Source of the DNA: Chloroflexota bacterium
Lineage (GTDB): Bacteria > Chloroflexota > Dehalococcoidia > SZUA-161
Length of the DNA stretch: 24,000 bases
Assembly: GCA_016865955.1 (NCBI GenBank)
Contig: VGNW01000004.1
Coordinates: 3,603-27,602, forward strand
Direction: 5' to 3'
Part shown: positions 14,445 through 21,239 of the stretch, piece after piece
Numbering within the stretch: the first letter of the stretch is position 1
Layout of the letters: each line of letters opens with the position of its first letter
Program-made: the position numbers and the translations under genes
The notes under the pieces: model-generated
What the model saw: the letters and a program-made list of their open reading frames with translations, nothing else
Databases searched by the model: none
Told to the model about the DNA's origin: nothing

Positions 14445-14711
14445 TTAGGTTTTGAGCATCCCCATCACCTCCCTCTGGCCTTGACCCATTGGATTTGCTT
14501 CCTTCGCATCGTACAGGAAGGCCAAAACATCTTGTTTACGATATCTCCAGTCGCCGCGTTCTCCCACCTTGAAGGCTGTGAGTTTTCCGCTGCGACTCCA
14601 TCGTCTCACTGAACTGACATGAACCCTGAGATACTCCGCAACTTCATCGCATGTCATGATTGCTTTACCATCCGACCCATACTTTTTAATTTTCCTGGTT
14701 GTCCTATTCAA
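14445..14711 (-). CDS. Excisionase/MerR-superfamily helix-turn-helix DNA-binding protein, first gene of the archaellum transcription unit (candidate regulator)
   Basis: MTCDEVAEYLRVHVSSVRRWSRSGKLTAFKVGERGDWRYRKQDVLAFL fits the excisionase-family HTH pattern (lt..EaA.yL.vs..tv.rw...G.l.a.kvG..wR....dl..fl). TTG 14711 has AGAGGA 7 nt upstream; the alternative start is ATG 14657. It is on the same strand as arlB1 and 85 nt upstream of it. Confidence 0.65.
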   Translation of the reverse strand: MNRTTRKIKKYGSDGKAIMTCDEVAEYLRVHVSSVRRWSRSGKLTAFKVGERGDWRYRKQDVLAFLYDAKEANPMGQGQREVMGMLKT

Positions 14712-15163
14712 ATCGCTGTCCTCTTCGTATCAATGCAACCCTGCGCAGCAATTTCTGTAATCTTTTGTTTCACCGCTATACTTTTCAGCACTAAATTTGC
14801 TTATTCGTACAAACGCGTAATTTTGCGAGCAATGCGAAACATCTGGTAGCAATCCTAACAACCGCGTACAATGGCAACAATCACCAGCCAGTACTAAGGG
14901 AAATAGGTAAATAGTCATGCCTGAAGATGGCATCAAGATTCGATAAAGAAAGCTCTCCGACCCGAAAGAGGCACGAGTGCAGTACTTTTTCCGTCAAGGA
15001 AGATAACATTCCGTATCCTGCCGGAAGATTACGGAGGACAATTCGCAGTCCGCAAAGCTCAAGCCGGGTGTAGTAGCACTTTTGTAGGAGAAAAATACTA
15101 CTAAAAGGTATCCCTGGTACTCTTGCTATCGGGTCGTTAAATGTTTTATCATTGATAATTAGT

Positions 15164-15919
15164 ATGAATAGCGTTATAGAGGAAAAGACAGGGTTGCCGA
15201 GCAACGGCACTATAGAAAGCCTGAAGCTTCGGATTGACGGCTACCAGGCACATTACCTGAAAGCCGGCAGCGGCTCGCCTGTGGTCTTATTGCATGGAGG
15301 AGCCAGCGATTCGGGAGACTGGACGGATACCATGTCCGCTCTTTCCCCATACTATTCTTTATATGCACCAGATATCATAGGCTACGGAAAAAGCGATAAG
15401 AATAAGAGCGGTTACTATCTTACTGAGTTCGTTGACTTCACCCTGGATTTCATAAAAACGCTGGGGCTGAGTTCCATCGCCCTGGTAGGACATTCTCTGG
15501 GCGGGAGGATATGCCTGGATATAGCCCTCCATCACCCTTATACAGTACGCCGGCTCGTCCTTGTCGACACGGTCGGATTCGGCAAACTGGCCTGGTGGGG
15601 CACTTTCCTCGGCGCAGCTGCCTGGGGATTTCGTGAATTCATGGGGCGCCCGCAGCCCTATCCCAAATTCCTCAAGGAAGACACGGAGGACAAAGACTGG
15701 CAGTGCCTGGACAAACTCACCGAATTAAAGGTACCCACGCTGCTTATCTGGAACCGGCGCGACCCCTACTTCTCCGTGAATCACGCCTTCAGAGCTCAGA
15801 AATTAATTCCCGAGGTCAGTCTGGAGATATTCCCCGGCTACGGCCACGCACCCCACATGAAAAACAGGGAACAGTTCAACAACCTTCTGCTGGACTTCCT
15901 CAACCACGAACAGGGATAA
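15164..15919 (+). CDS. Alpha/beta-fold hydrolase
   Basis: The oxyanion-region HGG (VVLLHGGASDSGDW) and the nucleophile elbow GHSLGG are present. A C-terminal GYGHAPH supplies the catalytic His. The start is ATG 15164 or TTG 15152; neither has a clear SD. Confidence 0.8.
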   Translation: MNSVIEEKTGLPSNGTIESLKLRIDGYQAHYLKAGSGSPVVLLHGGASDSGDWTDTMSALSPYYSLYAPDIIGYGKSDKNKSGYYLTEFVDFTLDFIKTLGLSSIALVGHSLGGRICLDIALHHPYTVRRLVLVDTVGFGKLAWWGTFLGAAAWGFREFMGRPQPYPKFLKEDTEDKDWQCLDKLTELKVPTLLIWNRRDPYFSVNHAFRAQKLIPEVSLEIFPGYGHAPHMKNREQFNNLLLDFLNHEQG

Positions 15920-15962
15920 ATCCCCCTCAAACGGAACGCTTGATAGCTTCCATATGCTACAT

Positions 15963-16409
15963 CTAATTCGTCGCGGCTACAACGTAGCGGATGAACAGTC
16001 CGATTCCCGCAGCGAATCCGCTGAAGCCTACTATTGACGCGCAAACGTAAGCCCGGAATCCCTTCGGGCTGGCTCCCGTGAACTTTCTGTGCAAGAAACC
16101 CTGCCACATAAAGAAGGCAGTCGCCAACACGACAAGGGGAAAAAGAAACACGGGCGACCATAAGAAGAGTAGGCCAATGTAACCCTGAGAGCTATATCCT
16201 TTGGAGGAGGTAATTATGGGACGCGACGCCCAGACCAAAACAGGCACAAGCCACCATATTATGAGCATCACAATAGCTACCTTCCCGAAATTGATCCGGG
16301 AGATGCGGTCAAATCTAGTCTGGCACGCGTGACACTTGTAGGTGGTCTTCCGGTCAAGGGAGTCAGGCAATTGGTTCTCCGCCCTGCACTCAGGGCAAAT
16401 GACTTTCAC
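15963..16409 (-). CDS. Zinc-ribbon (CxxC...CxxC) N-terminal domain / 4-TM membrane protein, paralog A
   Basis: I preferred GTG 16409 as the start. SD GGAGG (16418-22) lies 8 nt upstream, and this arrangement is conserved in paralog B. The product begins MKVICPECRAENQLPDSLDRKTTYKCHACQTRF, as is typical for MJ0042-type zinc ribbons. The ORF-track start (GTG 16445) lies inside the predicted promoter spacer. Four hydrophobic helices follow. Confidence 0.7.
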   Translation of the reverse strand: MKVICPECRAENQLPDSLDRKTTYKCHACQTRFDRISRINFGKVAIVMLIIWWLVPVLVWASRPIITSSKGYSSQGYIGLLFLWSPVFLFPLVVLATAFFMWQGFLHRKFTGASPKGFRAYVCASIVGFSGFAAGIGLFIRYVVAATN

Positions 16410-16432
16410 AGGCAAATCCTCCAATCTGCCAT

Positions 16433-16461
16433 ATCGTATCGCCACACATCAGTTACGTCAA
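16433..16461 (-). promoter_or_regulatory. Candidate sigma70-type promoter of paralog A
   Basis: On the minus strand: TTGACG (16461-16456), a 17-nt spacer, then TACGAT (16438-16433), followed by SD GGAGG and GTG 16409. The same architecture is conserved in copy B. Confidence 0.5.
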
Positions 16462-16475
16462 GGAATACATATAGA

Positions 16476-16523
16476 GCAGGGGCTCTGTCCCCTGCCTTGA
16501 TTAGCGGGTGGCAGAGCACCCGC
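16476..16523 (-). terminator. Two consecutive GC-rich hairpins downstream of paralog B (terminator candidates)
   Basis: GCGGGTG (16504-10) pairs with CACCCGC (16517-23). GCAGGGG (16476-82) pairs with CCCCTGC (16489-95). Each has a 7-bp stem and a 6-nt loop. On the minus strand the second hairpin is followed by the U-rich UCUAUAUGUAUU. Both lie in the unique roughly 90 nt between the two duplication units. Confidence 0.45.
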
Positions 16524-16606
16524 CTATGAAAATGATGGGAATCGCTGATTTTGGGCCTCTTCGGAACGCTTGAAAGCTCCCATATGCCACATCTAATTCG
16601 TCGCGG

Positions 16607-17035
16607 CTACAACGAGCGGACGAATAACGCGATTCCCGCAGCGAACCCGCTGAACCCGAGCACAGACGCCAATATGAAAGCCCGGAATCCCTTTGGGCTG
16701 GCTCCGGTGAACTTTTTGTGCGGGAAGCCTTCCCACAGGAAGAAGGCTGTCACCAACAAAAGGAGAGGCAGTAAATACAAGGGCGACCATAAAAATAGTC
16801 CGCCAATCCATTCCAGGAAGCTAATTTCGGCAGAGTGAATTATGGGACGCGAGGCCCAGACTAACACAGGCACAAGCCACCATATTATGAGCATCACAAT
16901 AGCTACCTTCCCGAAATTGATCCTGGAGATGCGGCCGAACTCGGTCTGGCACGCATTACACTTATAGGTAGTATTTCGGTTGAGGGAGTCGGGAAGGCGG
17001 TTCTCCGCCCTGCACTTAGGACAAATAACATTCAC
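16607..17035 (-). CDS. Zinc-ribbon / 4-TM membrane protein, paralog B
   Basis: I preferred GTG 17035, with SD GGAGG (17044-48) 8 nt upstream. The product begins MNVICPKCRAENRLPDSLNRNTTYKCNACQTEF. The segment SRINFGKVAIVMLIIWWLVPVLVWASRPII is identical to paralog A. Confidence 0.7.
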   Translation of the reverse strand: MNVICPKCRAENRLPDSLNRNTTYKCNACQTEFGRISRINFGKVAIVMLIIWWLVPVLVWASRPIIHSAEISFLEWIGGLFLWSPLYLLPLLLLVTAFFLWEGFPHKKFTGASPKGFRAFILASVLGFSGFAAGIALFVRSL

Positions 17036-17058
17036 AGATAAATCCTCCAATTGGCTAT

Positions 17059-17087
17059 ATCGTATCATCATACAGGAGTAACGTCAA
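17059..17087 (-). promoter_or_regulatory. Candidate sigma70-type promoter of paralog B
   Basis: On the minus strand: TTGACG (17087-17082), a 17-nt spacer, then TACGAT (17064-17059). It was duplicated together with the gene. Confidence 0.5.
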
Positions 17088-17147
17088 GGGAATACACAGG
17101 GGGATGAGACCACAGGATTTCCACCACGCCTCGATAAAGCCAGTCAG

Positions 17148-17176
17148 TTGACAATTAACGCTCCGACATCTAATAT
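17148..17176 (+). promoter_or_regulatory. Near-consensus sigma70-type promoter for the radical SAM gene
   Basis: TTGACA (17148-17153), a 17-nt spacer, then TAATAT (17171-17176), about 50 nt upstream of ATG 17228. Confidence 0.5.
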
Positions 17177-17227
17177 TGGATTTCAGCGAAAAGAATAAAT
17201 GTGCCGGTTGGCTAAGATACCCTAAGT

Positions 17228-18757
17228 ATGAAAACCCTGCTGATAAACCCGCCGTACCCCTTCTCGGAAATACCCATCATGCCGATGGGTCTTGCCTATA
17301 TAGCCGCAGTACTGGAACAAAAGGGTCATGATGTAGAAGTCCTCGACCTCCTCGTGTCCAGGTATTCTAAGGAAAAGATAAAGCATAAGCTTGAGCAGTA
17401 TAAGCCGGATATCGTCGGCTTGACATCGGTTACCATGAACTATCCCATCGCCTCGGACATCATCAAATACTGCAAATCTATAGATAAGGACCTCATCACG
17501 GTTATCGGCGGCCCCCATGTCACTTTCGACACCGTTGATACCCTCACCAAGGCTCCCTGGATAGACATCATAGTGAGGGGTGAAGGCGAGCAGACCATTC
17601 TGGACATTGTGAACGGCAAGAAGCCAGGCGAAATAGACGGCATCGCGTATAGAGATAAGAATGATGGCATAAAAATTACCAAGGAACGCAGCCTGATTCA
17701 GGACCTTGATGAACTGCCGTTCCCTGCCAAACACCTTTTCCCGATATCGCGATACCATGCCCTGGATGTGCATGCCAGCATAATTACCGGCAGGGGATGT
17801 CCCTTCAACTGCGTCTTCTGCGTCGGCTCCAAGATGGGCGGTAGAAGGGTGAGATTCCGCAGCCCCAGGCTGGTCATAGACGAAGTGGAACAGGCTCTGT
17901 CATCGGGCTTCAAGGAGATAAACTTCGAGGACGATTCGCTTACAGTCAACCACAAACATCTCTACGCAATCTGCGATGAGATAACGGCAAGGGGTCTGAA
18001 ATTCAACTGGAGCGCCTTCTCCCGGGCGGACACCGTGAATCCCGAGATGCTGCGCAGAATGAAACAGACCGGATGCACCTGGCTGCTCTACGGCGTGGAA
18101 AGCGGCAATCAGCATATCCTGGACCTGGTCAAGAAGAAAATCACTCTGGATAAGGTCAGGGAAGGCGTCAAAATGGCAAGGGAGGCCGGCATAAGCGTGC
18201 AGGCATCCTTTATCATGGGACTGCCCGGCGAGACTAAAGAGACCATGAAACAGAGCCTGGAGTTCGGTAAATCGCTGGGGACCTCCTACGGTTTCCATGT
18301 GCTCACGCCCTTCCCGGGCACCGAGGTGCGCGAGAAATCTGAAGAATATGGCATCGAGATACTGACCAATGATTGGCTGAAATACGACTGCAACAGGCCG
18401 ATCACGCGCACCAGAGAAGCCAGCGTGGAGGATGTCACCGCTCACCTGCAGATATACTTCCATGAGCTCAAGCAATATATGGCAGCGCTGTCGAAGGAAA
18501 GCGATGCCGGAGACGGCGAGTTTGCCCGCACCAAACGTCGCCGCCAGCTCGCAGCGGCTCTGCTTAAAGAGGACGTAATCGAAAGCGTAGGCCCTGTGAA
18601 ATCGGAGACAAAACCTGTCGAAGGTCTCACCGCAAAACTGGCGGAGCTGGTGCCCTACTCACAGAATCAAATCAAAGAAGGCATCACCGATTGGGTGGAA
18701 CGGGGGCTTCTGAAATACGACAAAAGAGACGGCCATCTGTTCTGGCGCTGGAGTTAG
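17228..18757 (+). CDS. B12-binding domain-containing radical SAM enzyme (class B-like), substrate unknown
   Basis: The N-terminal cobalamin-binding-type domain is present (MKTLLINPPYP...PMGLAYIAAVLEQKGHDVEVLDL...KPDIVGLTSVT). The radical SAM cluster motif is GRGCPFNCVFC (CxxxCxxC). A roughly 100-aa C-terminal extension has no recognised motif. Confidence 0.85.
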   Translation: MKTLLINPPYPFSEIPIMPMGLAYIAAVLEQKGHDVEVLDLLVSRYSKEKIKHKLEQYKPDIVGLTSVTMNYPIASDIIKYCKSIDKDLITVIGGPHVTFDTVDTLTKAPWIDIIVRGEGEQTILDIVNGKKPGEIDGIAYRDKNDGIKITKERSLIQDLDELPFPAKHLFPISRYHALDVHASIITGRGCPFNCVFCVGSKMGGRRVRFRSPRLVIDEVEQALSSGFKEINFEDDSLTVNHKHLYAICDEITARGLKFNWSAFSRADTVNPEMLRRMKQTGCTWLLYGVESGNQHILDLVKKKITLDKVREGVKMAREAGISVQASFIMGLPGETKETMKQSLEFGKSLGTSYGFHVLTPFPGTEVREKSEEYGIEILTNDWLKYDCNRPITRTREASVEDVTAHLQIYFHELKQYMAALSKESDAGDGEFARTKRRRQLAAALLKEDVIESVGPVKSETKPVEGLTAKLAELVPYSQNQIKEGITDWVERGLLKYDKRDGHLFWRWS

Positions 18758-18793
18758 TCCCGGGTTCCTCAGCTAATAGAATAAGAAATGGAT

Positions 18794-18820
18794 GCAGGGG
18801 CGAGGTAACCTCGCCCCTGC
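18794..18820. terminator. Bidirectional intrinsic terminator between convergent radical SAM and heliorhodopsin genes
   Basis: A perfect 12-bp GC-rich stem: GCAGGGGCGAGG (18794-18805) pairs with CCTCGCCCCTGC (18809-18820), with a 3-nt loop. T-rich runs flank it on both strands (TCTTTAATTA on plus; ATCCATTTCTTATTCTATT on minus). Confidence 0.75.
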
Positions 18821-18827
18821 TCTTTAA

Positions 18828-19601
18828 TTACTGCAGAAATTGCGGCGCGTTCAGCGTACCCGCAAATACCTGCCACGCCAGCAGCGATTTAGCGGTCAGG
18901 CTAAGCACCATATACCCGTACTCTCCAAAGACATACGATTTCCACCAGCCTTTGCGGGCATATTGCAGCCACATGTTCAGAGGGAACAGCGCATAGAGGA
19001 ATATCAGAGACCCGATGATTGCATACACGAACGTGGGCGGTCCGGGTGTGGCGCTGGCGAAATAGAGCACTATTCCTATCCAGGGGATGACTCCCACCAC
19101 GCTGCCGAAAATAAATGAAGTCCAGTCGGTTTTAGCAGTGGTCTGATTATGCAGTTCCATCATCAGACCGAACAGGTTCATCGCTCCGGTAAGGCCGAAT
19201 ATGGCTATCAGGCTCACCATCTCCGTCATGCCGCACAGCGAAGCTATCACCACAATCATCACCGAGGCGCTGAACGAATACTCATACCAGCGCACATAGT
19301 TAATGCGCCTGCCCAGATTCCTAATATACCAGGGGAACACTCCGGGAAGCGATACCAGCATGTGGCAGAACGCCGATATGAATAGAAAGGTTGCCAGCAA
19401 GAATCGCGGCTCGTAGCTGTATTCGGCACCCCCGCCTATGTACGTCGTAGTAACCGGTGCCATGAAGCCCGAGCCCAAAAGTAAGATGACGATACCCTGC
19501 GCGAAATGGAGAATACTGAGGAAGACATTGGTACGCCGCAACCTCCGCTCCTGCGTCGGGGTTACCGCCTGGGTGCTAGCTGCTGCACTGTTACTTGCCA
19601 T
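18828..19601 (-). CDS. Heliorhodopsin (inverted-topology microbial rhodopsin)
   Basis: I moved the start to ATG 19601, which has SD GGAGGAGG upstream. Seven TM helices are apparent. The blocks RWYEYSFSASVMIVVIASLCGM and GEYGYMVLSLTAKSLLAWQVFAGTL closely parallel my recollection of the heliorhodopsin 48C12 blocks RWVEYSLSSSVMIVLIAQICGI and GERAYIVLSLVAKSALAWQIFSGTL. The retinal Lys (SLTAKS), counterion Glu (WYEYS) and both conserved His (ILHFAQ, AFCHMLVS) are present. Confidence 0.88.
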   Translation of the reverse strand: MASNSAAASTQAVTPTQERRLRRTNVFLSILHFAQGIVILLLGSGFMAPVTTTYIGGGAEYSYEPRFLLATFLFISAFCHMLVSLPGVFPWYIRNLGRRINYVRWYEYSFSASVMIVVIASLCGMTEMVSLIAIFGLTGAMNLFGLMMELHNQTTAKTDWTSFIFGSVVGVIPWIGIVLYFASATPGPPTFVYAIIGSLIFLYALFPLNMWLQYARKGWWKSYVFGEYGYMVLSLTAKSLLAWQVFAGTLNAPQFLQ

Positions 19602-19648
19602 CTTCAACCTCCTCCCGCAAATAATAAGAAAAACCAAAGTGCGACTTT

Positions 19649-19675
19649 TTTATACGATTTGCATGGATTTGTCAA
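19649..19675 (-). promoter_or_regulatory. Candidate promoter for the heliorhodopsin gene
   Basis: On the minus strand: TTGACA (19675-19670), a 15-nt spacer, then TATAAA (19654-19649), about 45 nt upstream of ATG 19601. The spacer is shorter than optimal. Confidence 0.35.
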
Positions 19676-19690
19676 GCTTATCATGCCACT

Positions 19691-19711
19691 CTGAAAGCTG
19701 ATAGCTGAATA
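19691..19711. repeat. Heptad micro-repeat array (3 x 7 nt, CTGAnnn)
   Basis: CTGAAAG CTGATAG CTGAATA, between the thioesterase stop and the heliorhodopsin promoter. It shares GCTGAATA with 3959-3966. Confidence 0.7.
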
Positions 19712-19719
19712 CCCAGCGA

Positions 19720-20145
19720 TCAATCAACCACATACGATTGAGCAGTGCTTTCCGCCAGCAACGTGCCGTCCCGAAGCGTCATCTCAGCGGCCGTGGTAAA
19801 AAGCTTCCTCGTTTTCTTGACCACTCTTCCCGTGACCACCAGCGGCACCCCAATCGGCACAGGCTGCCTCATCCTGACCTCAGTCTTGGCAGTAACCCCT
19901 TTTATCTCGGGCCAGTATGCGTAAGCCATAGCCTCATCGAGAATTGTGAAAATAATGCCGCCGTGAACATATCCGCGCCAGCCCTGATATAGCTCGCTTA
20001 TGACGCACTCACACCTCGCCTCATCGCCACTTTTAACGAACTTCAATTTAAGGCTGACGGGGTTCTCTTTGCCACAGCCGAAACACATGGGGAACTCGCT
20101 CTGATTCGCGTCGATCCCCGCCAGCTTCTTTTCCCAGCTCAGCAT
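19720..20145 (-). CDS. PaaI/hotdog-fold acyl-CoA thioesterase family protein
   Basis: 141 aa. The block GWRGYVHGGIIFTILDEAMAYA is the PaaI-type HGG...LD catalytic region. A CFGCG motif lies near the N-terminus. SD GAGGAG lies upstream of ATG 20145. Confidence 0.75.
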   Translation of the reverse strand: MLSWEKKLAGIDANQSEFPMCFGCGKENPVSLKLKFVKSGDEARCECVISELYQGWRGYVHGGIIFTILDEAMAYAYWPEIKGVTAKTEVRMRQPVPIGVPLVVTGRVVKKTRKLFTTAAEMTLRDGTLLAESTAQSYVVD

Positions 20146-20203
20146 TTTGTTCTCCTCATTTGTCCCAGTTCCCGAATAGCATAATATTAACGCGTTGTGC
20201 AGG

Positions 20204-21190
20204 TCAATATATGCGAAACGCCCTGCGCGTTTTGCGTTCCCATTCCGCGATGGGATGCTGGTTCCTCATCTCCTTGATTTGTTGGAATACAGGCAAGCCG
20301 GCCTCCTGCTCCGCCTCCCACTCTCTGGCGAAGGCGCCCGAGCGTATCTCTTCCAGCACGTCGCGCATGCCCTGAGCTATCTGGGGATTCATGTAGCGCA
20401 CCGAGCGGGTCATCGAGCCGTATTGAGAGGTGTGTGAATGAAGCTCCATCTGCGGAAAGAATCCCATCTCCACAATCTTCTGCATGGAGTAGGCAAACTC
20501 GCCCGAAAGAATCAGCTCCACCATCACCGCCTCCACAGGGTAGCCGGCATCTATAAGCGTCTGAATCGCCGAAAGCAATACCTGCCCGAAGGCAGGTCCG
20601 AAAGCCTGCTCCGTGAACAGGTCAAGCTCAGCCTCCTGCTCGAAGCTGAGCAGCATCGCGCCACTCTTCGTTGAGCCTATCCCTTTGGCAATCGCCAGTA
20701 CGGTTTTGAGCGCGTTCCCTGTGGCATCCTGATGGACGCCGATGAAGCTGGGGAAGCCTTTTTTCTCCATATAGCGCTGCCGCACGCCGGCTCCAATCAT
20801 CCTCGGCGCTGCCATGACGACATCGACGCCTTTGGGCGGCTTAATCAGCTTGAAGGCAACATTATAGCCAGAGGCAAAACAGACAGCCTTGCCCTTAGAA
20901 AGCCCCGGCAGCACCTGCTTTTGGAACACCTCGGGCATGACCTCATCGGGAATCAGCAACAGCACAACCTGAGCCTTCTCAGCAGCTTCCCGAATCGAAA
21001 AAACGTCGAAGCCGTCACTCTTAGCCTGTCGTTTGGTATCATCGGCGCGGACGCCGATAATCACCTCCAGCCCGCTGTCCCTCAGATTAAGCGCCTGCGC
21101 CCTCCCCTGATTGCCATACCCGATAACCCCGACGGTCTTGCGCTTCAGGAAGCCGACCTGGGCATCCTTATCGTAATAGAATCTTTTCAC
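20204..21190 (-). CDS. ilvC: Ketol-acid reductoisomerase (class I)
   Basis: TVGVIGYGNQGRAQALNLRDSGLEVIIG is the NADP-binding signature. The length (328 aa) and C-terminal knotted-domain blocks fit. GTG 21190 is preceded by GGGAGGGGG. Confidence 0.93.
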   Translation of the reverse strand: MKRFYYDKDAQVGFLKRKTVGVIGYGNQGRAQALNLRDSGLEVIIGVRADDTKRQAKSDGFDVFSIREAAEKAQVVLLLIPDEVMPEVFQKQVLPGLSKGKAVCFASGYNVAFKLIKPPKGVDVVMAAPRMIGAGVRQRYMEKKGFPSFIGVHQDATGNALKTVLAIAKGIGSTKSGAMLLSFEQEAELDLFTEQAFGPAFGQVLLSAIQTLIDAGYPVEAVMVELILSGEFAYSMQKIVEMGFFPQMELHSHTSQYGSMTRSVRYMNPQIAQGMRDVLEEIRSGAFAREWEAEQEAGLPVFQQIKEMRNQHPIAEWERKTRRAFRIY

Positions 21191-21239
21191 AACCCCCTCC
21201 CATTTCGTAGGGGCACGGCATGCCGCGCCCCTGCCTTTC

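Larger units (their letters stand above)
15932..16470. repeat. Tandem duplication unit, copy A (gene plus promoter plus 3' flank)
   Basis: It aligns with 16562-17098 at an offset of about 626-630 nt. There is a 57-nt perfectly identical tract at 16241-16297 = 16867-16923. Similarity extends about 30 nt beyond the stop codon and through the promoter/SD region. Confidence 0.85.
16562..17098. repeat. Tandem duplication unit, copy B
   Basis: See copy A. Relative to copy A there is a 1-nt deletion (between 16614 and 16615). It shifts the last codons so the product ends ...FVRSL instead of ...FIRYVVAATN. The ancestral VVAATN is still readable out of frame. Confidence 0.85.

Noticed and set aside
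6690-14711. An alternative reading of the cluster as a bacterial Tad/Flp or type IV pilus locus.
   Set aside because: The cluster contains a KaiC-like ArlH, a FlaD/E-like domain protein, two ArlF/G-like proteins and a single fused FlaJ-type platform rather than TadB/TadC. The subunits are about 200-aa archaellins, not Flp-sized pilins. No secretin, TadZ/CpaE, CpaB or PilMNOP-like genes are present.
14445-14711. The excisionase-type HTH as a marker of a prophage or integrative element carrying the cluster.
   Set aside because: I could recognise no integrase, recombinase, transposase, tRNA target or flanking direct repeats anywhere in the window. The gene is treated as a candidate regulator instead.
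14881-15210. A 109-aa minus-strand ORF (and the 68-aa ORF at 14730-14936) in the long non-coding region upstream of the HTH gene.
   Set aside because: It overlaps the start of the hydrolase gene, lacks an SD and has an implausible composition. The region is better explained as divergent regulatory DNA.
3946-19711. The heptad arrays and the tandem duplication considered as CRISPR-like arrays.
   Set aside because: The repeat units are 7 nt with no spacers, and the 540-nt units are duplicated genes. There are no 24-40 nt repeats alternating with unique spacers, and no cas genes.
21209-21232. A near-perfect 24-nt GC-rich palindrome (AGGGGCACGGCA|TGCCGCGCCCCT) between the MBL-fold gene and ilvC, considered as a terminator.
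   Set aside because: In the direction of transcription (minus strand) it is followed by ACGAAATGGGAGG (the ilvC SD), not a U-tract. It may be a structural element, but I cannot support a terminator call.
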